Shown here piece after piece: positions 24,212 through 42,900 of a stretch of 64,000 bases of DNA. This DNA comes from Moniliella sp. 'wahieum' (lineage: Eukaryota), in the NCBI GenBank assembly GCA_003971905.1, contig RSEE01000018.1, positions 434,001 to 498,000 of the forward strand, read 5' to 3'. Position numbers and translations under genes: made by a program. Under the pieces are notes generated by a model. That model did not search any database. It was not told the origin of the DNA and was given only the letters and a program-made list of their open reading frames with translations. How positions within the stretch are numbered: the first letter of the stretch is position 1; every line of letters begins with the position of its first letter.

Positions 24212-24939
24212 TCAGACGACCGACATGACCAGCTTTTCGTCGAGGGCCTTCACTTCCGTGTGAATCGCATCGTACTCGGCTTGGTAATCCTCCTTGGCTG
24301 GTGCCGCCTTCTTGCCGCCCGAGGGAACGATCATGATGCAGGACGTAGCCCGCTTGGTCGACGAGGCAGATCCGAGACCGTCTTTGGAGGCAACAAAGAT
24401 GTAGGGCACGCCATTGTCTTCACACAGGATGGGCAAGTGAGAGAGGATGTCCATGGGGCTGATGTCGCCGGCCAGGACCACCAGGCCCTTCTCGCCTTTG
24501 CGGAGGCTCTTAACAACCTCTTTGACACCGCGGCGAACGTGGCCACGGCTCTTGCCAGCCTTCTTGATCGTCTTGAAGAGCTTCTTGGTAAGCTTCTTCT
24601 GGGCAAGAGGGTCTGGAAAGAGATGAGCTTGAGTTAGTCCTGGAACCGAGCAGGCTACGCGCAGCAGAGGGCACAGAGGAAGGAAAGAGAAGGCAAAGAA
24701 GCATAATACGCACGAGCAATGGGGCTCAAGTTTTCCGGCTCGGCCAGCTTCTCATCGCCCTCGGTGTCAATGGCAAACGTAGCGTCGCCGGCAGTGGTGT
24801 CAGCGTCCTTGGCCTTTTTGTCCTTCTTCTCCTTCTTGTCCTTCTTAGACTTTTTGCTGACGTGGGAGGCGTCGGCAGCAGAAACAGTGGAGGCATCAGC
24901 CATGGCCACGTCCTCGTTCTTCTTCTCGTGCTTGCCCAT
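24212..24939 (-). CDS. NHP2: H/ACA snoRNP subunit Nhp2 (L7Ae family)
   Basis: SPIA|HPLAQKKL...RRGVKEVVKSLRKGEKGLVVLAGDISPMDILSHLPILCEDNGVPYIFV. Intron 24613-24713. Confidence 0.95.
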
Positions 24940-25690
24940 TGTTGGTTTGGTCGGTGGTGGAAGCGTAACGAAGCGGGAGGGCTCGGCCCTCCAAATTTTG
25001 TCCACGGCTGCGGTTGCTTGCTTAGGGTAGGGGCGGAACAATTTTTTTCTTGGGTGCATTCCGCTCTGAGATCTGACTGAACGCCCGCCAGAACCTTCAT
25101 CGTTGATGCATGATGCGTGGTGCGTGATGCATCTTCAAGCTTCAAGCTTCAAGTTTCAAAGCTTCAAGCTGCAAGTTTGATTGCATATTTCAAAACTGGA
25201 TGCAATCATCATCACCCATTATCATCGCTCTTTGATCCTCGGCCTCGTCGCAAGCGTTGTGTTTTTGCTGATGAACGAGTTGATCAATCTGATCGATGAT
25301 GACGTTGATGTTGATCTTCAGCATCCTTTGACCATCTCGTACTCACCCCAACGCAGCTTCAGGCTTCAGACTTCAGATTTCTGGCCTCGAGGATCTTGAG
25401 GCCTATGCGGTTTCATAAACCCATTTATTCCGAACAGGCTCTAATCGATGGAAACATTATTATCGCGTATAGGCGGCGCCTGGTCGGTATTCGCCTGTAC
25501 GCAGTACGCACCTTCCTGGCAGGAATGGTAAGAAGCTCCTGGGCGTTCAGACAGGGACAAATTAATTAGCGCAGTCGCTTGACCTAAGATGATCTCGATG
25601 ATCGATCCTAGAGCAAGCAGAGCAAGCAACAAAAGCAGTGGTGCACGGATAGGGGCAGGGAAGTGGCGTTTTGGGAGGGAGGGGGTAACA

Positions 25691-27162
25691 TTAAACGAAT
25701 AGCGGATGACTTGATTTGACAGTGCCCAAGTAATAGGGGTTCGGCGGAGTGAGTAATTTCCTCATGGGGAGGGTGGAGGGAACCAGGGTTAGAGGCGATC
25801 GAATCTGATGAACCTCAAAGTAGGGAAACACCTCCAAGGCGGCAACCATAATGCGGGAGTGAGTGGGAGTAAGGCTGCGTAGGCGCAGGGGAAAGGGAAG
25901 GCTACGGAGTGGGAGCGGAGGCGGAGGCGGAGGCGGAGGAAGATATGAAGGTAGTGCCACTGGTTGAGGAGCAAGGAGGTCGCCGTTTGGCTTCTCATAT
26001 TCAAACCGCATTTGGCGTCCGAGCTCCCCGTTGGGGTGGTTGTGGGCAAAGTGAGCCTTGCCATGACCCAACGATTGGGCCACCGCAAACACAACCGCAT
26101 CCCCCATGGCCAAGGCGAGGGTCGTCGAGCTGCTTGGAGCTGGCACGGCCCCCCATGCCTCTGGCTCTTGCGCGCTCGGTTCCTCGCGCCTCACCAGTGC
26201 CGTAGGATCGTCAAGGGAGGACAAGGAGAAAGAGCTACATCCGGACGAGACAGAGGAAGACGAGTCGTAGGTATCCTCGTTTGGCCTGTCCGGCTCGGGA
26301 GCAGAGGCAGGGACAGAGCAAGTGGGAAAGGCAGGCGTGGAAAGGGAGGCCGCGGTTGATGGGCCCAAGAAGGCGGGCGGGGCGAGAGGAGTAGGGTGGT
26401 GCAGAAGCGGCAAACGACAATCGATCCATGCATCCGCTTGCCGAACAAGCTCCGACTCGGGTTTGCCACACAACGCAATCATCTTGGCGCCCCTCGAACG
26501 AAGGTGAGGGGTCAATGCCAATAGTTCCCCAGTCGCACCAGAGTTGGACAGAACCAAGACCAGATCCCTGCGATCGACGACACCCAAGTCGCCATGAAGC
26601 GCCTCGATCGGGTGGAGAAAGCGGATGGGATTCCAAGGGAAAGGGAGGTGGCATGCACTTTCGTCCAATCAATCCCGATTTTCCCACCCCACACCAAACC
26701 AGCTTTCCCTTGGGCCGACGTACGCGTTTGCCATCCGAAGAACGGCGCGGGCGTACCGCGTCGACAGCCAAGGCAATCGCAATATCGAATGCGCTCCCGG
26801 GGACGGCTGAGGGGTGAGAGGGATCGTTGGAAGGGCCAAACGATCTGCGGCAGCCAAAAGAGCGCGCGCCTCGCTGCGCAACACATCAATCGCCATGGAG
26901 CGTGCGGCGGGAGGGATGGGAGCAGATGGGCGGCTGGGATCTGGCAAGAAGGTATCGGGGAGCGCACCGGTAGAGGGTGACGCAGGACAGGTGCACGTGG
27001 AGGGTAGGAGGAGAGGGGAGGAGGCAGCACTGGAGGACGTCGTCGCGTTGGACAAGGAATCGGGCGAGGCGGTCTGGTTGGAGGGGGAATAGGTGTCGGA
27101 GTGGGCTTGGGAGCCCGATCGGCCCCAATGGGCGTGAAAGGTACAGGTGCGAGGGTGGACAT
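25691..27162 (-). CDS. SIS-domain sugar-phosphate isomerase, KpsF/GutQ/KdsD-like; no CBS domains; frameshifted
   Basis: GKLVWCGVGKSGLIGRK, FLHPIEALHGDLGVV, LSNSGATGEL, PSSSTTLALAMGDA, FAHNHPNGELG. 3' end uncertain. Confidence 0.88.
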
Positions 27163-27879
27163 GGCGGGGCGAGAGGACGAGTGGAAGTAAGTTGGGAGGA
27201 GCGCCCCGGCCACTCAGGCGTCTGGTTAAAAAGGCAATTGGAGGAAGCTTGGCTGCTCTGGCAAGGCCGCAGCCGGCGCTCGGGATGGTGTTCGCCAAGG
27301 ATCATCGATCATGCCATCATGCATCGTGCATCATGCATCATCGTCATCATCGATCATCGATCGGCGGCGGCCGTCTTGCATCCGCCGGGAGCGGGGCTTC
27401 AAGGCGCTAGCGAGCACTAGCAGGCACTAAACGCTAGGTGCCGGAGCCCACGTGGCTACGTCAAGCAGCTCAGCTTCATCGACCATCGATCATCGATCAT
27501 CTGATCGTACAAACAAGCGCTGTAAATATAAAAGCGCTAAGCGCTAATTTGCGCAACGATGCGCGTTGGGCGTTGGGCGTTAAACTCCTAGCACCAGCTA
27601 CCACTTTCGTTGCACCACCCACGGATGCACACACGGGGATGGCCCTTACGATGCAGCGCCAGCGCTGTCGGAAGATGAGGAAGACGAGTCGCCATGTAGG
27701 AACTAATAATCGAGAACCTCTCAACGGGACCGATGGGCGCGACGTGGTTAAGCACAACAATGCGTTCAACTACACTTGGCTTTCCCCTATGAATGCCATC
27801 GAATGAGCATTCGATTAAGTGTATTGATCTAATCGACAAGCAAGTTTGGATCGGACTCCAGTTCCGTACTCTGTGGCAT

Positions 27880-28640
27880 TTTCCTCTTGCGCAGAAGTAC
27901 AAAAGCATGGTCTGATGTCATCTCTTATTGAACACACTTTTTGGCTTGTACCCGCACCCAGTCTAAATTCACGAGACCTCGCTGGTGCCGATCCTCAAGC
28001 TTTCCTGCGTTTCCATGCCCCTGCACCCGCATCCACAACGCGCCGCGTGTGGAGAGAAGGACGATACGAGACGGGGAAGGAAGATCAGGCACACGAACTG
28101 CCGAGTGATGGTATTTGGAGCATTTTGGTAGGATCACAGGAATGAGAGTGGACCACACGCATTGTACGGCACTCGGGAATAAAGGAGACTATGATTGCGT
28201 ACCTCAAACGGTGATATACACGAAGAGGGAACCGCAACTCCTTTGGAATTCCAGGAAAAGGAGCTTCTTTGACCGTTGGAGCAAATGGAATGAGACAAGA
28301 AACTCCAAGTACCACAGTGGCCCATTTAAGAGCCTTTCTTCCCCTTGGTCATGACAACACACGGATGATATACCATCAAGGCGGCCGAGAAGACGTTTGC
28401 GTACTAGAAAGAAGTAAATAACGAGTCTCATTGGAGGTATATGGTTCGCCGCTCACATCTCTACCACGCTTATTCGCATCCACGCGCGCCCCCTCCAGAT
28501 TGGAAGCGAACGGAGGGGACCAAAGGTTTATGACCTTCTTCTGGAGGCTGCCCTGGTTCATTAAACGAGACTTGGTGCCATCAAGCAATACATGCCGGAT
28601 GTGAGCAGGTCGGTTTAGGCGCAGTGTTTCTTTGCCCCAC
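27880..28640 (+). mobile_element. Old degenerate CRE/Cnl1-like fragment (copy G)
   Basis: Collinear with copies E/F from the zinc-knuckle region (TGGCTTGTACCCGCACCC) through TTGGAATTCCAGGAAAAGGAGCT to GGTCGGTTTAGGCGCAG at 28608-28624. Confidence 0.7.
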
Positions 28641-29127
28641 TGGTCTGTGAAAGGTATATGAATGCAGCAGTAGGATTGAGCGATGTGAGATGTGACATGT
28701 GAGCGTTCAAGTTGAACTTCATTGTTGAACCAGCTCCTGTAGGGGCACCCAGATGTAGGCGCTGTAGACTTGCAAGTTGGTGTTGAGAGAAGGTGCGTCC
28801 AGGCACTTATGCCGTAGTAGCCTGGGGGAGAGTAGTGAGAGTGCGCTGAACGGCTGACCGCTGATAGCTGATATGCTGCAGCCCATCCTGCATCAGCATC
28901 CAGCGCCTAGCCCGCATTCCGCCAGTATGACTCTGCAGGCCCAACGGAATTCCGCACTGAGGCGCCAGCTGGCACGTGACCTGCTGTGATTCCGCTGGGC
29001 GGTCAGGCCGTGGCCGCTGCCGCGCGTCCAGGGCTGCGCGCACAGACCAAGTGGCGGTAACATCCGGGATGGTCGATGGCGGAGGCAAACTCCGATTGCG
29101 GCTGCGCCACCTCCACCACCGACCAGC

Positions 29128-30213
29128 ATGTCAGCCAACCCCCTTTCTGCCAGCCAGCTTCTCTCCACCCTCGACAGCATTCTTTCCACTTCCTCTGGGG
29201 CAATCCTGGCCACTCCCCAGGATGCGCTGGCTGCCCTTTCCCACGTCATCCTCGCTGCCCTGGGGTTTCGCCTGATCAACCTGGGAGAAGGCCGTCCTGT
29301 GCCGCCGCTGCCGGAGACCGAATCGGCCCCTCAGCCTCTCCCGTCCAAATGGAATGCTGCCGGTCCCGACTCTATACATTCGGCTACCGACATGACCAAA
29401 GCAGTCTCGAGTTCATCATTAGCTCGTCAAGATGGCCGATCGGATCCTGATCACAGCCTCGGCCGTCGAACACAACCGCACTGCGGTGTGGGAAATCACG
29501 ACAGGTGACTTTACCTCGAGTTCTTTCTTTCCCTATCCGCCGAGGCAAGGCGAGGCAGCTCCCCTCGCTGACGGTTTCATCACCCTTCCCCGCGCCCAAG
29601 ACTTTGTCGCCGAGTTCAACACGCGTATCGTTCAGCAGATTCTACCGGGCCTACAGAAAGAGGGTTACGAGCCCCTTCGGGATCGACTTCAACTTCAACT
29701 TCCTTCCCCTTCGCAGCCTTTACCAACGTCAGAGCATCCGCCTCGTGGCCAACCTGTTCCCACTCGGCCCTTAGCACCACCCTTGTCAGGCGAGCCAGAT
29801 GACCCTACCTCCCGGATTCTGTTCACCCTCCCTTCGGGTTAGGACAGCGAGACTTGGATCCCTTTGCTGCCAATCCGCTTCCTTTGCCTGGTCGAGGTGC
29901 ATTTGGTGGCAGCTTTGCCCCGCCTCCGCTCTTTGGTGGCGTAGGTGGAGGCGGAGGGATGCTAGTGGGGCCCAACGATCCTTTGTTCCGCGGTCGGATT
30001 CCCCCCCTCTGGTCCTGCCGGGATTGGTCTCCCTCCTGGCGCTGTCCCTCCCGAGCGAATTTCGATCCGATCTTCCCTGGTGGTGCCCGATTCCCGCAAG
30101 GGCCAGGCCGAGGCGTGGGACGTGGCGGAGTTCGTGGGCCATTGGGTGGCGATCCGGACTTCGATGACTTCCCACCCCCAAGGAACAGCGACTATGACAA
30201 CATGTTTGGTTAA
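29128..30213 (+). CDS. PI31: PI31 proteasome regulator (PSMF1/Fub1); frameshifted
   Basis: ALAALSHVILAALGFRL, LPSKWN, YRHDQSSLEFI, GGMLVGPNDPLF, PPGAVP..RFDPI-like motif and C-terminal DFDDFPPPRNSDYDNMFG. Confidence 0.9.
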
Positions 30214-30604
30214 TCACAACTAGGCAACCCACTGTGTCATCTATGCCTCCTCGACCTCATCTTGTACATGGTGTTTATGACAGTACCTTTTTTGGTTGAA
30301 AACCCAATGAAATCTCTGGTAAATGTGGTGCGCATCCATAATGAGGTTGGGAAGGGTTGGGATACTCCCTGACCCTTGGCGGGAGGCCATATATCTTTTG
30401 ACCCGTTCACAGATGCAGGCGTGAGCAATTAACTCGTTGCTGGTTGGCCGATAGGTAGTTGAACTTGAACGTTCAATGTTCACAGCAGTACCCATGCGCC
30501 ACGTCGACCGATTCATTTATTCGGAGACTGAGCGGTGGCTATTGTGCTGCTGCCTGCGATGACATCGCCCATCGTCATCCCGTCGCCACCGCCACCACTC
30601 CACC

Positions 30605-32964
30605 ATGCTCTGGCTGGCGGTCGTCGCCAGCCTTTTGCCGCTAGCGGCCACCCTTGTTCTCGCCGACAGCTCCTACGACGAGCCCCCACCCTCGACTTTG
30701 CCGATGTCCGCCTCGGTCGCCCCGGCCAGGGGCGGGCTACTGGGTCCCGCTTCCCCGAGGACATGTATGCGCAGCCGGCCTTAACATGGTCTACGACGAG
30801 GCCCACCCTGTAAAGCGCAGCGTTGCTCTTGCGCTTCTCGAAGGACCTACCATCATCATACTCTCTTCCGCTCCGGCCTGGCCACTGCCCATCTGTGCCA
30901 TATCCCGCAGCCGCGGCCGCTGCAGCCGTGGCAGGAGCCTCACTCGGCCGCTGCCTTTCTCCACCGCCATCTTCCAGCGGACCAGGTGAGCAAGGTGGCC
31001 ATTGAGGATGCACTCGAAGAGGAGAGAAAGCGGTCATTGTGCGTGGGCTGGAGCTTCTGGAGCCCATGAAGCAATATTGCATCTACCGACAGGCCCAGAC
31101 GGAATGGTTTACCTACTCCTTCTGCCATGGCCATGCCGTGCGCCAGTTCAGGGCAAACCCCAGACCTCCGCCGCTCTCATCAAGGCGGTGCAACAGCACA
31201 TGGAGCAGACAAAAACCAGTGGTGTGTAGCAGGTGTCAAGGGCGACTATCGCTTGGTGGGTGGCATGCCCAGTCCGAACAATGATGGTACCACGTACAAA
31301 TTTGCCATCTCTTCGCCTCAGGGAGAGGAATCGTTTGTCTATGTGACCCCAAGGATCCACTGGAAGACAAAGCGTCCGACTCGTACGTACTTGGACATTG
31401 GAACAAGGGAGTCGAGCGCGTGGCCGGAACGGATCTGCATTTCTCCCAACTCTCTCACTCCCCTTTAAGCCCCCAGTCGAGCATGTATCCGACACACTGT
31501 CCCAGGGAACGGAGCTAATTGAGATTGTTCGTCTCGGGTCAGGAGGACAACAACGATACCTCTCTCAACTTTGGGTGGACGGAACAAGGTGCAACCTTAA
31601 CGACGAACGTCGCATGGTAGAGATCCAGGTAAATACCTTCTTTTGTGCTGGTAGCTCGAGTAGCTGACACCTGCCCCCTTTGATCAGTATCACTGTATTC
31701 AGGAAGGGGATGAACGTATCGCATTAATCAAGGAGGTGACCATGCAACTAGGTGTGGTGATTGAAACGCCTAGGTTGTGTGCCGAACCTGCCTTTTTTGT
31801 AGGCCAACAGGACTCGGTCGAGTATATTACCTGCCGGGAGATTGTGCCAGGATGATTGGCAGGCCTATCCCCTCCCCCGAGGAACCTCTTCCGAGTATCA
31901 ATTCCACGGAAACCGAACCTTTGCTGCCCTCTTCTTCAGAGGCCAGCACGTTGGACATTGACCAAACAACAGATCAAGTCGTACTCGCCCCCCAGATGAG
32001 GATGCCCCAACCGAAGACGCGGGTATTGTTGCAATGGACGCGACAGCGTCCCAGCAACCGGATGCGCCCAGGGCTCAGAGGGAGAAGCGCCTCTTTCAGA
32101 AGATACTGCGAATACGGGAACAACTGAGCACAGCGCATCGCCGCAACAGGCTCAGGCAGATGCTCCCCCGACTCGGCTTCTAAATCCGGCCCGCTCAAGG
32201 AGAAATCATCCAAATTAACCGACTTTTCCCCACCTGAGGACGAAGAGGAACTGATGCTTACATTTATTGCATTCAACGAAGACGGTCAGGAAGAAGAACA
32301 AAACTTTGTCGTGACGGCTGACGAACTGGAAGCGCTGGGACTAAAGGACCTGATGGACCTCGCCCAATGAGCCGGTGGCTGAGATGGAAGTCGGATGGGA
32401 CCTGTTCGAGTACCTCCAAGAACGGGAGCGGGTTAACCAGGGGAGCGAGGCGCCTGCTGACGACAAGCCAGTCGAGCCAGCCAAGCCAGCCGAGCCGAAC
32501 GAAACAGGTCAAGCCGGCGCCGCACAGGAACTGGATCCACAGACAGCCAAGTTAATGAACGCCATGGTTGATTGGCTGCACAATGTGCAAGCTGGGGGTC
32601 CAGTGGACGACGGGCAAAACTTGGTAGGGATGCGTTGGAGCAAATGAAGGAGAGCCTCCAGCGACAGCACACCCGAAGCCCCAGGGTGCCCGTTCTGGGA
32701 AAAGCAAGAGAACCCAGGGGAAGGACAAGTTCCGGTTCCCCCCAGGCTTCGACGCCCACGGAGGTGAACCCAGTCGGCTCGGACAAAGCTAAGACATCAC
32801 CCTCAACGCGGACCACCCAGCCCTCGCTTTTCGACCGTATCTCGGAGTTTTACAAGGAGGATCCGCTTGTCCCTGCTTCAGCCGCTATCCCAGCCTCCAC
32901 TCTGGCTCCACAAGAGCAGAGGGACCATACCAAGAGTGAAGAAGGGAACGCCATCTCAAGGTGA
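30605..32964 (+). CDS. YOS9: Yos9/OS-9 ER lectin (MRH domain); frameshifted
   Basis: Signal peptide MLWLAVVASLLPLAATLVLA, LELLEPMKQYCIY...WFTYSFCHGHAVRQF, RYLSQLWVDGTRC...EIQ|YHC...IKEVT...IETPRLC. Intron 31629-31687. 3' end approximate. Confidence 0.85.
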
Positions 32965-33717
32965 GCCACAAATCGGGGCTGTACGAGAGATACATTCATT
33001 GGACTCGTCCGCTCCCTCATTATTTGGTCTTTCGTGCCTATTTTATGATGGCGATCTGATAGCTGGGTTGCCAGCAAGCCAAGAGAATGATGCGGAGATA
33101 TAGGAACAAGATAAAGCGAGCTCGACTCAGGTGCGCCATCGTCTGGAGAATAAGGCCATGGGAATGGTAATGCATCCAGCACCACCAGGCAGATAGGTTG
33201 GTGAACACTTTGGTCCGGATCTGCTACTAGCGTTTCGCGCCGTGACCCGTGACTGGCAATTGGCCGCAATCAGAGGGCCATTATGGTGGCTGACAGAGCT
33301 AGGGAGCTGATCACGAGCACGGAGAGTGAACGCAGTGTATCGAATGGAAGCGTAGCCAGTCGTGGAGAGAAGACAGGAGGGGACGGGAGCGGAGCACAAA
33401 ATGAAGGCGCAGGGCGCACGCCTAGAGCGCTATCCTAGTACCAACGTGGCACATGGTTTGTCTAGTAAGCCAAGCTACCACCTCTACGTCAAACACTAGC
33501 ACACTGCCATCTTTCGGATAATTCTAAGAAGCCGCGGACAGAGAACATACGCGTAAGCGCCGGACGGGGAGAGGGGCGGAGGTACTGCAGATGATGACAT
33601 CCGATTGTGAGGTACGGAGAGGTAGCAAACGACTTCACTGTCAACATAGAGAAGCTAGACAGGGGGGCAGGGGGAGAATTGATCGAGCAGGCAAGCAAGT
33701 CGGAGAAAGGGCAAGGA

Positions 33718-38913
<5,196 letters not shown>

Positions 38914-39598
38914 GCTGGCAGAGAGCCACGTGGGGTTGCTGCTGCGGAGGGGGGGCGGTGGTGGGGAGGGTGGTGGTGCTGGTGGGGAGACGAGGAGCAG
39001 ATGGCGGTGGTGCGTGGGCTGGGCAAATGCTCGTGTGCTCGCGGACCGGAGAGAGCGGCGGATGGCTGGGACGAGGGGAGCGTGTCGGCGACGCTGTGCG
39101 AAGGGGCGGAATTGGTGGATGCGCAACTGAGCAGTCCAGATGTTCCGGCGCGGCCAGCGGTTCGTTTGACGCCTGACGCCTGAAAGCTTCGCCTGGGCCC
39201 CCTCGCCCCTCGACCCAGCTGCGGCGGCCAGTCGCGCGGGGGCAGTCTCCACCCGCCCGCCGCCCGCGTCCGCTTCCACCGTCGACGCCTCAGCCCACTA
39301 CCGTCCCGCGGCTGCTCTATTGCCCATCCTCTGCCTGCCACCGCTATCCACCCACTGCGTCTCCGTCAAATCGTCATTCATTTCGTCCTCTCGAGCCCCA
39401 GTCCCCCTTCCGCCCGCAGCTGGTCCACGGCTCGCATGCCTAGTCGCCTCCCTGCCAGCGGGGCGAGGTGACTGGGCATGGCAGTTTGCTCCTCGCCAGC
39501 GCGTAACAGTACAAGCGCAACGGAATCAGCATGCAACTTACCAGACAAGGAGCCAGTGCACAGCGACAGGCACAGCTCCGTCACGAGAAAAGGCCATG

Positions 39599-40558
39599 TC
39601 AAACATCGAATGGCAGATAGGAACGAGAGCCGTCGATGTTGGTAAGACGAACGACTCCAATGTCGAGAGGGTTCCAGACAAACTTGGGTGTGGCCCGAAT
39701 CCAACTGAAAACGGACAGTTAGCCCACGATCCAATAAGCCGGCCCAGTGACGGGACGACGTACCTGTAATGAAGGGAAAAATCAACAAGACGCTCAGTAT
39801 CTAAAACAACAGAAGGCAATGCAACACTCATACGGAGTGGAAAAGCATTCCGTTTCGTCTTGGGGACCACCTCGAGGAGTAAGACGAGCTCATGGAGCAG
39901 TAGCCTCTGAAAAACCGGCCAAGTTGTGATTTTTCCATCGAAGCACAAAGAAGGAAAACGCAGGCCTTGAATCAAGGAGAGCCCAGCAGAAGACGGCCAT
40001 GCACGATCGAGAGAGTAGCATGGAATAGCAAACAATGGCCCAATCGTGGAAATAAATCGAATCGCATGGCACAAACGCAGAGCAGAAAGACAGGTATCAC
40101 GGGGCCGTGTAGGTGACGTTGAACGATATGTCCGTTAAAGGTAGCATCGCCGCAACTGAAGAGATCCGGGGAACAAAGGCAATCTTGGCTACTTGGTCCA
40201 GACGAGGCTCGATGGCTTGGAGTTTGGAAGTAACCGTAGGCAATGGGGGTGGGTGGGCGAGGGTGTGCTGTACCAGCAACGGCAGAGGGAAAATGGTTGT
40301 CGGTGACACGACTCGATGTAGTCGTGACAGATGGGACGATGAGCGCAATAATGCCCACGGTGGGGGAGCGACGGGCGCGACGGCGGGCAGGCCACCGATG
40401 TCGGTGGCAGGGAGAGGGAGGAGAGGAGGGAGATGGAAGCTTGGAGCGAGTGGGAGCCAGGGCGGAGAGAGGAAGGACAGGTGGGGAAGGTTGGAAGCCA
40501 ATCGATCCACAAACAGCAGACGAAAGGAGACGTTCCCCTACGTTTCTTGCCTGTTCAT
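39599..40558 (-). CDS. Candidate spliced micro-ORF (37 or 57 aa), unknown function
   Basis: Canonical 59-nt intron 39705-39763 (GTACGT, GCTAAC, TTTTCAG) followed by WIRATPKFVWNPLDIGVVRLTNIDGSRSYLPFDV*. Upstream exon ambiguous. Confidence 0.4.
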
Positions 40559-41079
40559 GTTGGGAATGGATGAAGGGAAACGGAAAGACGCGAGCAGCAG
40601 CGCACACCGCACCTGACTGCCCAGGCAAGCAGCAAGCAAGGGAGGAAGGAAGGAAGGCCACCCGCACAGCTGCCGCAGCCCAGCGGTCCCCAGCCGCCCG
40701 CGCGGCAGAGGGGCAGTGATGCCTACCCTCAGAGCACGCCGTTGCTGCGCCCACCGGGGCCACCACTGCCCCCTGCAGCCGCGCGGACGAGCCAGCCACC
40801 ATCGGTTCAAACTGCCCAGATGCATTCCTTCCGCTAATGCTGATTCCGCCAGGGTCACTTGGCAGGGCAGGCACTTCCTACCCTCTCTCAGACGCCACGT
40901 GACTCGCTGGCAAGCCAGTTCGTGACAGAGGCAGGTGGTCAAGGCACAAAGGACCAGCTAGCCCCACCTACACCTGTCCCCCAGAGTGTACCTGCCCTGC
41001 TCGGCCGTGTTGAACTATCCCATGTACAAGTCCAGCCCGTTAGTGGGCAATGGGCCATCCAAGAGCTGTGGTGCATTGT

Positions 41080-42900
41080 CTGATTACTCGTTCTGCCTCC
41101 CAGCCTCAGATAGCGGGTCACCGGCATCGTCTGGAACGCCGGTGGCTGCACTGCTTGCACCATCTGCGGCGCCTGCCCTGACCTGCGGCAGAAAAGATGA
41201 AACAGGTTGTTGGTTTGCCGCAATGCGGCCGTGTGCTCGCGCGGGTGGTAGGACGCATGGAGGATCTTTTGGTAAAGTCCACGTTGTCTACATCCACTTG
41301 CGTCACCGGCCCGGACCGGCTGACTTGCCGCGCGGCCCTTGCCGCCCAGCTTCTTGTTCTTGAACGCACTCTTATCCGCCTGCAGCGTCACCCCACTCGC
41401 GGGGGGTCGGCTGGGTTCCTTGTCAAAGATATGGAGGTGTTGTTGTAGGAACCGTAAGGACATGCTTGTCGTAGGGCCCACAGCGCCTCAAACATTGTCA
41501 AAGATGCAGTCGTTCTCATACAGGTCGCACAGCTCGAGCGGATGTGCTCGTGGATTGGAATGGTAGCCACAGGGGCTCTGTCCATGTTGACGTCCCATAC
41601 CTTGAGCGTGAGGTAGTCTCGCGACAACAGATAGCGGCCGTCGTGGGAGAACTTGACATCGGATATACTGCTGATGATCTCGGAAAAGAAGGACTTGGAC
41701 GCTGCATCCCCTTCCTCCTCCTCAAACAGCTTGGCGTGCTGGTCGCACAACGCTGAATCGCGCATGTCGGCCAGCTTGATAGTGCCCTTGGACGAGGAGT
41801 AGACAAAGTGGTTGCAATTGATCGGGTGGAACTCGGCCGCGGTGATCACCTCCGTCAACTCCTCCATATTGACGGGCTTGATGTCGACCATGTTGAACGA
41901 CTGATCGGATATGTTGAGATTCCACAGATTGATCCGCAGGTCATCTGCTGACATGTACGTTTCCGCATCAGAGTTGACCGAGATGGAGTTAACGTGGTAG
42001 GCGTGGGCGTTGGCATAGATCTTGCGCGTACCGCCGCCACAATGGTGTCATGGACATTGATCCGGGGTAAGTGGAGGTGCATCCCACTACCAGGAACTAC
42101 ACTCCCTGGGTCAACAAGTGTGCGGGTAGCGTACGCGCCAGGGGGGACAAAGCCCTGGGATAAGTTGTTCTCTGCCACCACCTGCAGAGACTTTTCAAAC
42201 ACCTTCCAAAGCTTGATTGTCTTGTCTGTCCATCAGAGGTTCACAGCGTTAGCAAGGGGTTAAGCAGGTTGATGGAACATGGGGGAGGCGGGCAAAAAAC
42301 CCACCATTGGTGCTAAGCAAGAAATGGGCTGCGTTCTGCCTCCGGCACCACTTGATCTTGTTGATTCTCTTCGATTTCAAGCGACTTGAGGTAATCGAAT
42401 TCAGGCTCGTGAGACTGGAACTCGGTGTAGAACTTGTACTCGCAGCCCTTCTTCTGTTACTCCCGCAGTGTCAGCGATCAACTCTTGTTTCTCGATCTCA
42501 TCCCCCTCTCGACTGTTCCTCCCTCCTTGGGCAGAGGCTATTCCGGGCAAAAAGCAGACCAAGACGGCAAGCACGTACCGAGTCATTGCGTTCGAATAGG
42601 ACCACACGTCCTCCCTGTCACCAGTAGCAAGGTAGTCGCCAGTGTGGTCAAACTCAACAGCAGAGATGATATCGGCTGGAGCCAGGAGACAAAAAGAAGA
42701 GTCGCATGTTAGTCATTCATGGGAGCTGATATGCCATGCTCTCCTACGCTGCGCTGGTCTCAACCGATGGAAGAGAAGCAGCGTGCAAGGTGGGGAAGGG
42801 AGCAAGTGTGACACAACGCACCCTCAGTGATCTCCTTGACCTCGCCTTTGTCGCCAAAGCATTGGGCAAAGCGCCAGCCAGCATCGGGGTCGCTCGCCAT
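41080..42900 (-). CDS. CDC55: Protein phosphatase 2A regulatory subunit B55 (Cdc55/Pab1)
   Basis: [84 protein letters not shown]. Introns 42676-42821, 42454-42578 and 42226-42304. Stop approximate. Confidence 0.96.
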
